From positions 34,233 through 98,232 of the forward strand of contig JBGCEP010000030.1 of NCBI GenBank assembly GCA_045106415.1: a DNA stretch of 64,000 nt, read 5' to 3'. This DNA is from Oligoflexales bacterium (GTDB taxonomy: Bacteria > Bdellovibrionota_B > Oligoflexia > Oligoflexales > Bog-1112). The notes beneath the pieces are model-generated. The model made no database searches, had not been told where the DNA came from, and saw only the letters and a program-made list of their open reading frames with translations. Shown here one piece after another: positions 10,672 through 21,087 of this stretch. Each line of letters begins with the position of its first letter. The first letter of the stretch is position 1. Both the position numbers and the translations under genes were made by a program.

Positions 10672-12883
10672 ACAAGCGCAAAGCACCCCTATATCTCAAA
10701 AAGATTTTTTGAAAATCATTAAAAACTACAGCATTATTGCTGATTTTTCTCAAAAAAATCCTGACCGCAACCTTGTCAAAGAAACTATTTTTTGGCAATA
10801 CCCTTGGGAATTACCAAAAATTTCTTTTCCATTTGTAAAAAACTTTGGAGATGAAAAATTTCTACTAAACTCTCCAGGCACTGGTCGACCTTATGAACAC
10901 ATCAACCGGGGCCGACAATTTTACCTGAAAGGCGACTATGAAGAAGCTAAAGATACATGGCTATCAAATCGAATGAGATATGGATCTAGTTGGGATTTCC
11001 ATAGAAGAAATGATCTTTATGTTGGATTTAGTTTTTATAAAATGGGTCAAAAAGCAGAACAAGCAGAAGGCGCTTTTTCACAGCAAGCAAAAACCTATTA
11101 CTCACATTCATCAACATTCTTAACTTGGGCTTTTTCAAGAAAAAAACAGATCCCAGATCCCATGATTGACAAGTTAATGCCAGAAGGCTCTTATCAACTC
11201 ACTGCAATGTACTTTAAATATGACCAATACAAAAAAGCCAACCATATGGCTGAAGCCGGGCTTGAACACATCGAAAACGTGGGTGCAACATCAAAAACAA
11301 GATATTACAGAGCTGATCTTAGGCGTATTTTAGCTGAGACTATGATCAAAAACAGAGCATATCCACCAGCCATTATTCAACTCGACAGAGCTTTACGACA
11401 AGATCCTGACCCTTATCGCGCTGCACTCATTTTTTCACGCATCGGTGACATTTATTTTGACTTGAACAACTATGAACTTGCAGAAGACATGTATCATTTA
11501 AGTATTCGTGTTCAAAGAGAACATCAATCTCTAGCTCCATCACAACTTGCTCTGCAAGCAGAATCTTTTTTTTGGATGAAAAAATTCTCTAAAGCACAAG
11601 AAATTTTTCAACGATCTCTTGATAGTTATGGAACACACACAGATGTCTTGCCAGTACAAACACGACCGTGGGTTTTACTACGTATTGCAGATGCTTTTCT
11701 TGCTCGATCATACCTTAAAGACACAACAGAGAAAGAAAAAATGGAACTTCAACACCAAGCTGTTGTCCAGTACTCTAAGGTTGCACATCATTTCCCAAAT
11801 CATGAAGCAGCACAAATAGCAGAGCTTCGATCAACTTGTCTCCAATTCCCTAAATATCAAAAAAAGAATGTGATACACGCAAGAAATAAGATGCATTCAC
11901 TCAGGCGAGAGAAAATACCCTTTCTTGCCCATGAAATGTCATGGGATTGTGAAATAAACTCTTACATTTCAAGAGAAAGCGGAGAAATCATTATAGAAAA
12001 AGTAAAAGAATTCCTCAGTCATTATCCGGATTCAGAGCGATCAAAAAAATGGATTGAGCCCGTAAGAAACGCACAAGCTATAAAAATTTATAAATACATA
12101 CAACAAAAAGATGATTACGGCACAATCGGTTTTTACCTTGCTAATCGCGACACTCTTTTTCAAAAAGTTGATCCTAAACTCGCAAAAATTCTATTCAAAA
12201 TATTCATCACCCTTGGTAAGCAAGAAGATGCGCATCATCTATACGAAACATTCAAAAACCACATAGAAACAGATCATGATAAATTAATACAAGCTGTATA
12301 TATCGTCGAAAACGAAAATATGAATAAAAATGGTCTAGCTGAAGATCTAACCATTCATCACACAGAGGAACATGAATTTCTACTAACAAGAATTCTTCAA
12401 TCAAAACATGGACACTTTCTCACTCCTTGGGTTTTCAAAATAAAAAATCAGTGGGAAAAAAATCCTATTCTATTATGTGATCAAATATTACCACTCCTTT
12501 CCTCATGGCCACACAATACTGAAACAGAAATGCGAGATAAAACAGTCATAGAAATAGCAGAACAAGAACTTCCTGACCTCCTTACAGATGATGAAGTATG
12601 TGGCATCACCCTTCTTGATTTAGAGCTCGAACAAGCCATTGATAGAAGAGATGCTCATCGTCTCGCCTTGTGGACCAAAAGAACATCTTGGCCATTAACA
12701 CCGTCGATCCTCAGAATTCAATGGATAGCAGCAGAAAAGCTTTATGAGCTTGGTAGAAAAAAAGACGCTGAATTTTTATGGTCCTACATCTCCAAGCAAC
12801 CTCTTCAGACTTATGAAGTCAAATTTTCAAAAGCACGACTTCAAGATATCCACACAGAGCATAATTCTCTATGGGAAAAATAG
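10628..12883 (+). CDS. Exported TPR-repeat protein coupled to motB
   Basis: N-terminal signal/hydrophobic stretch; TPR-like helices (IGDIYFDLNNYELAEDMY, AESFFWMKKFSKAQEIF, LLRIADAF); overlaps the motB 3' end. Confidence 0.7.
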   Translation: MFIMIALSITILCAEQAQSTPISQKDFLKIIKNYSIIADFSQKNPDRNLVKETIFWQYPWELPKISFPFVKNFGDEKFLLNSPGTGRPYEHINRGRQFYLKGDYEEAKDTWLSNRMRYGSSWDFHRRNDLYVGFSFYKMGQKAEQAEGAFSQQAKTYYSHSSTFLTWAFSRKKQIPDPMIDKLMPEGSYQLTAMYFKYDQYKKANHMAEAGLEHIENVGATSKTRYYRADLRRILAETMIKNRAYPPAIIQLDRALRQDPDPYRAALIFSRIGDIYFDLNNYELAEDMYHLSIRVQREHQSLAPSQLALQAESFFWMKKFSKAQEIFQRSLDSYGTHTDVLPVQTRPWVLLRIADAFLARSYLKDTTEKEKMELQHQAVVQYSKVAHHFPNHEAAQIAELRSTCLQFPKYQKKNVIHARNKMHSLRREKIPFLAHEMSWDCEINSYISRESGEIIIEKVKEFLSHYPDSERSKKWIEPVRNAQAIKIYKYIQQKDDYGTIGFYLANRDTLFQKVDPKLAKILFKIFITLGKQEDAHHLYETFKNHIETDHDKLIQAVYIVENENMNKNGLAEDLTIHHTEEHEFLLTRILQSKHGHFLTPWVFKIKNQWEKNPILLCDQILPLLSSWPHNTETEMRDKTVIEIAEQELPDLLTDDEVCGITLLDLELEQAIDRRDAHRLALWTKRTSWPLTPSILRIQWIAAEKLYELGRKKDAEFLWSYISKQPLQTYEVKFSKARLQDIHTEHNSLWEK

Positions 12884-12967
12884 CTTTATTTTCAGCACGA
12901 TAAACACATGTAATTTCACTAAACATAAAAAAAAACCGAGAATATAACCATAGACTGTGGAGGTTTT

Positions 12968-14539
12968 ATGAGTAAACAGGAATTGAGCAAGCCTTTTTTG
13001 AGTATAGTGATTGCAGTATTCTCTCTTATTGCAATCATCCTTATGCCTCTATGGGCGCACGCTGAATCATTCTACACATCAACTTTAGCTCTTTTAGCTT
13101 TAGTAACAGGATCTTTTGCAATAGCAAGATTACAGCATTTATCGCAACAAGAAATGCCTGAATCAGATGTAGATGAGAATAGAATTCGGGGTGAATATGA
13201 AAGTGAGTTTAGAACGCAAAAGCTAGATCTCGAAGCTCAGCTGCAATCGTTTACTCTTAAACTTCGAGATGCTGATACTCAAATATCAAAATTCAAAGTT
13301 CTCATAGATGAAAGTAAGAATCGTGAAACAGTGCTTCAAAAAGAAGTTGCAGAACTACAATCGCAAACAAAAACGAATGGTCAGAGTAGCGGACCTGGTG
13401 TTGCTTCTATTTTTGAAATTCGATCCAAAGACTTAATTTCACGACTTGGAGAGAAAGACGAACAACTCACTTCACAGGAATCTCTATTAAAAAAGATTCA
13501 ACATCTCATACCTGAAATTAAAGGGCAGCTCAATCAAGTCGTTAAACACACAGAGTCAAGCGCTATTGAAATTGGGGATAAAGTTCGCTCTATTTATGAA
13601 AAAGCGCAACGTAATCTCGCTGAATCAAATGAGATTAATCGCCAGTTTTCAGGTGCTCAAATTTCTTCTGAAGAAAGTGATGCTCCTCAGCAGCAGTCCC
13701 TCTCAACAGTCCTTGAAAGCGCACTCAGCCTTCTCACGGAAATGACTGAAATGCTCGAAGAAAACAGCTCACTCAATATAGAATATTCTGAGTCGATTGA
13801 GGTCATTCTTGAAAACACAGCAACAATTAATAAAATTACAGAAGATATTCAATACATTTCAGATCAAACAAACCTCCTAGCTCTCAATGCAGCAATTGAA
13901 GCTGCACGAGCAGGTGAGCATGGTCGAGGATTTAGTGTTGTTGCAGAAGAGGTCCGAAAACTATCTGACAGAACAAACCAAGCCTCCAATGACATTACTC
14001 AAATTGTTGGTAAAGTAAATAATTCTGTGCAAGCCATTGCGAACTCATTAACTGATAAATTAAAGAAAACAAAGGGTAAAAAAGAGTCTGTTGATAACGC
14101 TGTTGAGCTTCTTTTAAATACAGCTAAAGAATCGACAGAAGTTTTTGCTCAGCTTGTATCAAACTCTGTATCAAGCTCTGAGAGTGTTGCTAAGAATATT
14201 GATCAGATCATTACGAGTCTTCAATTCCAAGATATCACACGCCAAGAAATAGAATCAGTCATACGACCGCTTGGACAGATCAACGAATTTGCAGATGATT
14301 TGGTGGATAAGCTTCGAGGGTTAAAATCAGATGGAGCTTCTGCTCCAACTTCACCTAGCTCTGAAGAACGAGTAGCAAGCGCTCCGAATCCACCTCCAGC
14401 AGAACCTGTTAAAACAGACACACCCTCACCAGAGACTGTGAAAGTAGAAGCCCCGACTCCAGCGGAAGCGGCAGCACCACCTCCAGCTGAAGCGGACGCA
14501 GATGAAGCTGCTGCCCCAAAAGAAGTTCTCTTCTTCTAG
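12968..14539 (+). CDS. Methyl-accepting chemotaxis-like protein (TM hairpin, no periplasmic sensor)
   Basis: [37 protein letters not shown] hairpin tip; SD GGAGG; Pro/Ala-rich tail ending KEVLFF. Confidence 0.9.
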   Translation: MSKQELSKPFLSIVIAVFSLIAIILMPLWAHAESFYTSTLALLALVTGSFAIARLQHLSQQEMPESDVDENRIRGEYESEFRTQKLDLEAQLQSFTLKLRDADTQISKFKVLIDESKNRETVLQKEVAELQSQTKTNGQSSGPGVASIFEIRSKDLISRLGEKDEQLTSQESLLKKIQHLIPEIKGQLNQVVKHTESSAIEIGDKVRSIYEKAQRNLAESNEINRQFSGAQISSEESDAPQQQSLSTVLESALSLLTEMTEMLEENSSLNIEYSESIEVILENTATINKITEDIQYISDQTNLLALNAAIEAARAGEHGRGFSVVAEEVRKLSDRTNQASNDITQIVGKVNNSVQAIANSLTDKLKKTKGKKESVDNAVELLLNTAKESTEVFAQLVSNSVSSSESVAKNIDQIITSLQFQDITRQEIESVIRPLGQINEFADDLVDKLRGLKSDGASAPTSPSSEERVASAPNPPPAEPVKTDTPSPETVKVEAPTPAEAAAPPPAEADADEAAAPKEVLFF

Positions 14540-14552
14540 AAAAAAAACGTTT

Positions 14553-16145
14553 CTATGCCGCATTTTGATGTTCTTCAAAAGGATCGAGATGCGGCATCAT
14601 TTTACTTAAAATAAGAAGAACATCTTCTATATTATGCAAATCTTTACAGAAAAATATCCGCATAACATCGATTTCATTTGATTGAAATGGATATCGTGAC
14701 AAACATTCTGACCCTATCATTTGCCCTAATAAATAAGCCACTTCTAAACTTATTCCACGGCTGCATTTCTCAAAAGAATCTTTTATAATTTGGACTGTTA
14801 ATCCATCTTTTCTTTTTATAGTTTCAAAAACTGAAATAACTTCTTTTGAGATAAAATATTGTTGAGAGCAATTTTTTGATTCATAGAATAATAAATATTC
14901 TTTATGATGATAAAAATTCATAACTGAAAAATGTGGGTCAAAGATTTTAGCACACATAGTCCCAATGGCATTCCACAAGACATATTTATAAAACACCATA
15001 CATGCATCTCCTGAAAAATTAAAATGAGGATGAAGCATATGGTATAAAAACTGTCCGGCAAGGTATGGGAAAGCATCTTGCCAATGTTCATTAAAACAAA
15101 CTGTATATCGATCTAAATCATATAATCCATAATCTTTTTGTAAACTTGTTGAGTTTTTTTGAAAACCTGAGAGCCACTGAAATGAAGATTCATCAATGCA
15201 AAACTTTTGCAAGTTCTCTTGAGCAATACTTAAACCTAAAAAATCAGATAAATCTCTGCAAATTTCATAAAAATGGTAATCAAGATCAATTCTAATCTCA
15301 TTATAGTCATATGTTTTATGATCTGAAGCCTCTATTAAAGACGCCTTTAAATCACTCCACATATTAAAAGATTTCCATTTTGACCACGGAGTTGAGTTCA
15401 TAATACAAAAATATCGTTCTGCAACAGATAAATAAATAGGAAATGATGATTTTTGCTCTAAACATTTAAAAAAATATTGATCAATATTATTAACGATACG
15501 TACAATATAATCTTGAGAAACACCTAGTTTTGTAAGATGATCAGGAAGGTGAGATTGTGCTAAGTGATTCTCACCAACAACACAAATCAGCAATGAATTT
15601 TTATTATTTTTTTGTATTGCATATAAGCGTTGCGACATAAATTTATCCCGCTTTTGAAGTTGATCTAATCCTTTACGATTTGTATCAATTCCATAAACGG
15701 GTATTTTAAAATCACGCGCAGTTGTGAGAAGCTCTTGATAATGCTTCCATGGAAAACCCCAATCACTTTCATATTGAATAGCTTCTAGAAAATCAAACTC
15801 TGTCATATTTCCTAAAAGATAAGCATCAATATAAGGTTGATCTTCTGCTCTAAAGATTTCCACACATAAGACAAGGCTACGATTTTTATATAAATCTCTC
15901 AAAATATTACGACAACCATCGACAGAGGCTCGTGAAGTATGAAAGTCACCATACAGTAGTATATGAGAGCGGAGAATAGAAGCATGCAAAGCTTCTAAGG
16001 AAGTTACAGAAGCATCTTGAGAGAGCTCACAGAGAAATCTTTTTTCATAACGCTCTATTTCATTGGAATAATTTTGTCGCTCCGACAAAGCCTCATTCCA
16101 TTCACGCTGAAAAAGCTCTTGATGTAGATGTTGTAAAGAGGCCAT
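14553..16145 (-). CDS. ChaN/EreA-like fold protein with C-terminal extension
   Basis: ILLYGDFHT, LCVEIF, WGFPWKHY, RDKFM and VVGENHL match ChaN-type motifs. Confidence 0.6.
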   Translation of the reverse strand: MASLQHLHQELFQREWNEALSERQNYSNEIERYEKRFLCELSQDASVTSLEALHASILRSHILLYGDFHTSRASVDGCRNILRDLYKNRSLVLCVEIFRAEDQPYIDAYLLGNMTEFDFLEAIQYESDWGFPWKHYQELLTTARDFKIPVYGIDTNRKGLDQLQKRDKFMSQRLYAIQKNNKNSLLICVVGENHLAQSHLPDHLTKLGVSQDYIVRIVNNIDQYFFKCLEQKSSFPIYLSVAERYFCIMNSTPWSKWKSFNMWSDLKASLIEASDHKTYDYNEIRIDLDYHFYEICRDLSDFLGLSIAQENLQKFCIDESSFQWLSGFQKNSTSLQKDYGLYDLDRYTVCFNEHWQDAFPYLAGQFLYHMLHPHFNFSGDACMVFYKYVLWNAIGTMCAKIFDPHFSVMNFYHHKEYLLFYESKNCSQQYFISKEVISVFETIKRKDGLTVQIIKDSFEKCSRGISLEVAYLLGQMIGSECLSRYPFQSNEIDVMRIFFCKDLHNIEDVLLILSKMMPHLDPFEEHQNAA

Positions 16146-16175
16146 AACCTCCCCAAGTCACTCTTAACTCTATGA

Positions 16176-17219
16176 TCATAACGGATTTTTTTGTCTTGTC
16201 GGGAGGTAAATATAACCGAGACGGCCTTCTTGTAAGAAGTTTTCACCCGCCATCACAAAACTGCAACGAACACCAGAGATTCCCCCCCACCAGACAGGGT
16301 TGGATTTCTGTAAAGATTTGATTATGCCTTGGCATTGCTCGGTTAATGAATCACTTGGTTTATGAACAATCTGCGTTCGAATCAGCAAACCAAAACCGTC
16401 TACTGTAAATAAAGATGCAATATGCTTCACCTTATGCCCAGGCAAAAGTTTTTGCACCTCAAATTTCCATTCATTCTCAGGTAAGACTTGATCTCGAAAT
16501 TGAAAGATTTCTTTTTGAATAGGGAGTTCATATAGACCAGCCCCACTTAAATATTTACCTGAGAGATCAAACCACATTCTTGCACCAAAAGTATCACCGA
16601 CCAGCCTGCGTTGTTCTCCTCTTTGCAAAAGATGCTCATAAGACAAACCGTGATAAGACCAACGCATATAATGAAATCCACCTAAAACCCAACGGTCATG
16701 ATGAGGTACAAAAGTCACAAAAACACGACCTAAATCTTCTTGGCCTAAAATCTGAATCCAAACACCAAACATCAACGGATAGCCATATTGAGGGTAGAGT
16801 GATACTTCAGTCGTATATGGACAAGAAAGGCTCTGAATCGAATTTTCCACGTTCTGCAATGCCCAAAAGCGATGCATTGATACCTCTAAAGGTCCTTTTA
16901 ACCCAAGCTTCATCTGTATTAAGGCTTGGCCAATCTTGCTCGGAGTCATTTTTAAACGGGGGTGAAATAACTGAGAAAGCTCAATTGCATCTTGCTCTTT
17001 TATCGATTTCAAAAGGATTTTTAATTTTTCTTGAGCCCCAGAAGGGATTTGTTTTGGAAACAACCTGACACAGCTTGCTGCTGGAGACTCTGCTGAAAAA
17101 ATTTGAGAACGGATGCTTTCAACCGGCAACGGCAATAAAGGCCGTTGCGCAAAAAGATGTAGATCACCCGCTATTACCACAAGAACCGCAGTCAGATTTT
17201 TCCAATTCATACGGTACAA
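16176..17219 (-). CDS. Hypothetical exported protein (start uncertain)
   Basis: 347-aa ORF co-oriented in the fmt operon; signal-like N-terminus MNWKNLTAVLVVIA. Confidence 0.6.
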   Translation of the reverse strand: MYRMNWKNLTAVLVVIAGDLHLFAQRPLLPLPVESIRSQIFSAESPAASCVRLFPKQIPSGAQEKLKILLKSIKEQDAIELSQLFHPRLKMTPSKIGQALIQMKLGLKGPLEVSMHRFWALQNVENSIQSLSCPYTTEVSLYPQYGYPLMFGVWIQILGQEDLGRVFVTFVPHHDRWVLGGFHYMRWSYHGLSYEHLLQRGEQRRLVGDTFGARMWFDLSGKYLSGAGLYELPIQKEIFQFRDQVLPENEWKFEVQKLLPGHKVKHIASLFTVDGFGLLIRTQIVHKPSDSLTEQCQGIIKSLQKSNPVWWGGISGVRCSFVMAGENFLQEGRLGYIYLPTRQKNPL

Positions 17220-17439
17220 GCTCCCAAGTCCCGAACTCTTGATTCACTGTTTGTAATGCATCATCAAGATAATCATACTCTACAGTCATCAATTCGACGA
17301 GTTTCTCAGCTTCAAGGCAGTAAGCATTGTAAGTATATATTTCTTTTTCAGGTGAATAAATAATACTCACACCTGCTTGACGGGATTCAAACTTTAAAAA
17401 CTTTTTATCATAATTATCATTATTTAAAGGACCTCTCAT
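17164..17439 (-). CDS. Small hypothetical protein with C-terminal CxxC
   Basis: ATGA overlap with the fmt stop codon; ends SDCGSCGNSG. Confidence 0.6.
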   Translation of the reverse strand: MRGPLNNDNYDKKFLKFESRQAGVSIIYSPEKEIYTYNAYCLEAEKLVELMTVEYDYLDDALQTVNQEFGTWELVPYELEKSDCGSCGNSG

Positions 17440-18377
17440 GAGACCTCCACAGTGAAGAAATATTCTTTGTTTTTACGCCCATTGCAAAAATCATGCATTT
17501 TCATTAATTTTTTACCCTCAGGCTTTACACTATAAACCTCAAGAGAACCTTTAGCACACTGCACCCGCAAAACACCAGATTCCGGCTCCCAACGCCCTTG
17601 CCCAATGGTTTCAGAAAAAGACTGGGAGCTCACTTTTACGTCAGAAAAAACTATCCGACGCCCCTCTAGGAAACTATAAAGACCAGGCCAAGGCTGATAA
17701 GCTTTAAATCGTTGATAAATTTTCTGAGCAGATTCACTCCAAAGAATTTGGCCATCTTTTTTATGAATTTTTTTACATAATGTAATCAAACTTTCATCTT
17801 GTTCAACACCGACATACAAAGGATTTTCAAGGTGCTGCAAAGCCATCAAAACCTGTGATCCACCCTCAATAAATAAAGCATGCAGAAGATCTTCAGCTGT
17901 TGCTTCTGGAGCAACATTTTGCTCTGTCTGGCAAATAATATTTCCTGCATCTAAGGCTTGCACTGTGAAAAGAATACTAACACCTGTTTTTGCATCACCC
18001 TCAAGCAATGTATTTTGCACCGGTGTTGCTCCTCTGTGTTTTGGTAGCAAAGAGGGGTGAATATTGATAGTCCCACGTTTTGGAATCTCTAAAAATTTTT
18101 TCGTCAAAATTTGGCCATACGCTGCTGTAATTGCCACATCTGGCTGTAGAGCAGAAAAGCGGGCTAGAAAATCTGGATCTGAGGCCTTCATTGGCTGTAA
18201 GACTTCAATGCCTTTTTGTTTGGCAAACTCAGCTACCGCAGGGTCCATCACTTTACGGCCTCGGCCCTGTTTAGACGCAGGTTGACTCACAACAGCAACC
18301 ACTTCATGATTCGACGCTAATAAAGACTCTAAGGGAGGAATCACACACGCTGGCGAACCTAAAAAAACAACTCTCAT
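17436..18377 (-). CDS. fmt: Methionyl-tRNA formyltransferase
   Basis: MRVVFLGSP, AAYGQIL, INIHPSLLPKHRGATP, LDAG, PWPG. Confidence 0.95.
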   Translation of the reverse strand: MRVVFLGSPACVIPPLESLLASNHEVVAVVSQPASKQGRGRKVMDPAVAEFAKQKGIEVLQPMKASDPDFLARFSALQPDVAITAAYGQILTKKFLEIPKRGTINIHPSLLPKHRGATPVQNTLLEGDAKTGVSILFTVQALDAGNIICQTEQNVAPEATAEDLLHALFIEGGSQVLMALQHLENPLYVGVEQDESLITLCKKIHKKDGQILWSESAQKIYQRFKAYQPWPGLYSFLEGRRIVFSDVKVSSQSFSETIGQGRWEPESGVLRVQCAKGSLEVYSVKPEGKKLMKMHDFCNGRKNKEYFFTVEVS

Positions 18378-18486
18378 CCATCTCTCCTACAACCAATCAA
18401 ACATAGAGATAAACGGATTCTTTATCGACAGCAACAGAATTCGTCGCTTCCATCATAAGCGCCTAATAAAACAAGAATAACCAATA

Positions 18487-19296
18487 TTATTTATCACGAC
18501 ATGTCTCTTGAAATTCGTCTTGTAGCGATTTATTGAGATTCATAGCTTTTGCAAAATCGTACTCACGACCAGAATAAATACGGCCATAATACTCTGAAGC
18601 TTCAACAGATTTTTCTGGGGCCATATTCTCCAAAATCGCTGTGACTTGTTTTTGTTTCATATTTTTAAATAGAGCAACTCTAAGATCTTTATCCATTTTT
18701 TCAAAAATTGGAGCAGCTTTTTTAGGTTCCATTTTCACATAAAATGCTATTAAGTTTTCCAAACGATCTTCTTGAAGTTTTTTTTCTTTTTGCAACGTTG
18801 ATTGAAAAAAATCCATCTCGTCATCAATTTTTTGAAGTTTTTCATCAATGCTTACTTCTAAATTTTGAAGCTGCTTATATTTATCTTTGAGTAGTTCAAG
18901 TCTATCTCGGACTTGACCCTGTAAACGCTCAACAATTTTAACATAACGCGCTGCATCTTCACGTTTAGCTTTTTCTGAATTAAAGTTTGGGAGCTCCAAT
19001 AAACCGTGAAAAAAACCTTTTCTTTCATCTTTTTTTGTTGTATTTGCTTTTGCGATTTTTAAGCCGTCTTCATTCATTTGAAAACCTAATAAATCTTCAT
19101 CGTCAGTAGCTGCTTCTTCAATATTTTCTTCTATAATCTCCGCTGTCTCTTCATCAAGAGATTCTTGTTCTTCTGAAATTCCTTCTTCATCTGCACCCAC
19201 TAAATTTTTTTCACCAAACTCTAAATCAAACACCCAAAAAGCGGATACTACACACAAAATAGAAATTTTTAGAATAAAAATATTACGAAGAAACAT
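18487..19296 (-). CDS. MotE/FlbB/YlxF-type flagellar protein (N-terminal TM, coiled coil, MgtE-N-like domain)
   Basis: MEPKKAAPIFEKMDKDLRVALFKNMKQKQVTAILENMAPEKS; located after fliJ. Confidence 0.8.
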   Translation of the reverse strand: MFLRNIFILKISILCVVSAFWVFDLEFGEKNLVGADEEGISEEQESLDEETAEIIEENIEEAATDDEDLLGFQMNEDGLKIAKANTTKKDERKGFFHGLLELPNFNSEKAKREDAARYVKIVERLQGQVRDRLELLKDKYKQLQNLEVSIDEKLQKIDDEMDFFQSTLQKEKKLQEDRLENLIAFYVKMEPKKAAPIFEKMDKDLRVALFKNMKQKQVTAILENMAPEKSVEASEYYGRIYSGREYDFAKAMNLNKSLQDEFQETCRDK

Positions 19297-19306
19297 AAAT
19301 CAAACC

Positions 19307-19750
19307 TTACATATTATATTTCCAATTATAGCTATCATCTTGCGATTCTTGCTCTTGTCTTGAAACTTCATTTGCGAGTTCTTGCCATGTTCGATGTTTC
19401 ATTTCTTCTGCTGCTTTCACAGACGCATGAGCTTCTTGAAGTTTTTTACCTTGCATTTGAACTCTGCGCTGAATATTTGATAACTCTATATGTGATTTCG
19501 ACCAATTTAATTTGGCATGATCTGCTAAATCTTCAAATGTTGATAACGAGTGCCGCTCAGATGAAGAACGCAATTGATTTACTTTATCAACGCCTTCTAA
19601 ATATTGTTTTTGATACTCATTAAGTCTTTGTTCAAGGTTTTGTTTTTCAAATAAAAGATCTGAAAAAACTTTTTGTTCATTCTCAAGAGCAACTTTTCTC
19701 ATCTTTAAAATAGTCACTAGTCTTTGATTTTTTTTAATGTAATCTCTCAT
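19307..19750 (-). CDS. fliJ: Flagellar export chaperone FliJ
   Basis: 147-aa coiled coil directly after fliI, ending RQEQESQDD. Confidence 0.8.
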   Translation of the reverse strand: MRDYIKKNQRLVTILKMRKVALENEQKVFSDLLFEKQNLEQRLNEYQKQYLEGVDKVNQLRSSSERHSLSTFEDLADHAKLNWSKSHIELSNIQRRVQMQGKKLQEAHASVKAAEEMKHRTWQELANEVSRQEQESQDDSYNWKYNM

Positions 19751-19773
19751 TGTTTTCCCTGCTTATTAAAATT

Positions 19774-21087
19774 TCATGAATGCAACAACCTGATAAGCCC
19801 TTGTATAGTATCTTTATAATCAGAGAGCTTTGTTGTATCTTGTTTTAAATACTCTTCAATTCTAGGCATTAAAAGTAATGCTCTATCGAGTTTAGGATTC
19901 GTTCCTTTTTCATAAGAACCTAATTGAATAAGGTCATAATTTTCTTCATATTGACTAATCAACGCCTTTAACTCAGTTGCAATCTTACGATGTTGCTCAG
20001 GAACAACATCAATCATGACTCGACTTGCACTTGAAGTGACTTCAATAGCAGGAAAATGTCCTTGTGATGCAAGTTTTCGAGATAAATTAATATGCCCATC
20101 AAGAATAGATCGGACAGCATCAGGAATGGGGTCATTAAAATTATCACCATCTACTAAAACCGTATATAGCCCACTGATACTTCCATGCCCTTTTTCCTGA
20201 GGTCCACAACGCTCTAGTAAGCGAGGCAATAAAGAATAAACAGACGGTGGATAACCTTTTGTTGTTGGAGGCTCACCAGCTGCCAGTCCTATTTCTCTTT
20301 GAGCCTGTGCCACACGCGTCAAGGAATCAAGCATAAGTAATACACGTTTATTACAAGATGAAAAATATTCAGCAATAGCCGTAGCGACAAAAGCTCCACG
20401 AATTCTCATTAAAGGAGATTGATCACTCGTGACAGCGATGACAACAGACTTCTTAAGACCTTCTTCTCCTAGTTCTCTTTCAATAAATTCACGAACTTCT
20501 CGACCTCTTTCACCAATTAATGCAATGACATTAATATCCGCAGATGATCCTCGAGCAATCATCCCCATCAAGACACTTTTACCAACACCAGATCCGGCCA
20601 TAACACCAGTTCTTTGCCCCTCACCAAAGGTCAACAACCCATCAATCGCTCTCACCCCTAATGGCAATGGTTGGTGAATTCTAGATCGTTTTAACGGATT
20701 AGGTGCTTCTTTCTGCAAGGGACATAAACGAGCATCTGGCGATAAAGAAAAAGAACCATTTAAGCTATTTAAAAATGGATCTAATACATGTCCCAATAAA
20801 TGAGATCCTGCCCAAATATGGTCATGTACAGTGATAGGCTCAACGCGAGCACCAACATAAATACCACCAATGTTAGTGTAAGGCATTAATAGAGTGCGGC
20901 CATTTTTAAAACCTACGACTTCTGCAGGAAGAATATCAGACGCTAAAATTTGTACTATCGTACCCAGACTACACTTTGGCATTGAGGCTTCGATCATTTG
21001 TCCCACAACATCCAGTACTCGACCAGATTGAGACCAAGATGATTTTGAAAATTCAAAATCACTACGTTTAAACTGTCGGATCTGCAT
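19774..21087 (-). CDS. fliI: Flagellar export ATPase FliI
   Basis: AGSGVGKS Walker A, IGERGREVREF, GEPPTTKGYPPS, RSILDGH. Confidence 0.96.
   Translation of the reverse strand: MQIRQFKRSDFEFSKSSWSQSGRVLDVVGQMIEASMPKCSLGTIVQILASDILPAEVVGFKNGRTLLMPYTNIGGIYVGARVEPITVHDHIWAGSHLLGHVLDPFLNSLNGSFSLSPDARLCPLQKEAPNPLKRSRIHQPLPLGVRAIDGLLTFGEGQRTGVMAGSGVGKSVLMGMIARGSSADINVIALIGERGREVREFIERELGEEGLKKSVVIAVTSDQSPLMRIRGAFVATAIAEYFSSCNKRVLLMLDSLTRVAQAQREIGLAAGEPPTTKGYPPSVYSLLPRLLERCGPQEKGHGSISGLYTVLVDGDNFNDPIPDAVRSILDGHINLSRKLASQGHFPAIEVTSSASRVMIDVVPEQHRKIATELKALISQYEENYDLIQLGSYEKGTNPKLDRALLLMPRIEEYLKQDTTKLSDYKDTIQGLIRLLHS

Noticed and set aside
12916..12942. Sigma28 promoter before the MCP (TAAA...ACCGAGAA)
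   Set aside because: Spacing is too short (11) and the -10 match is imperfect.
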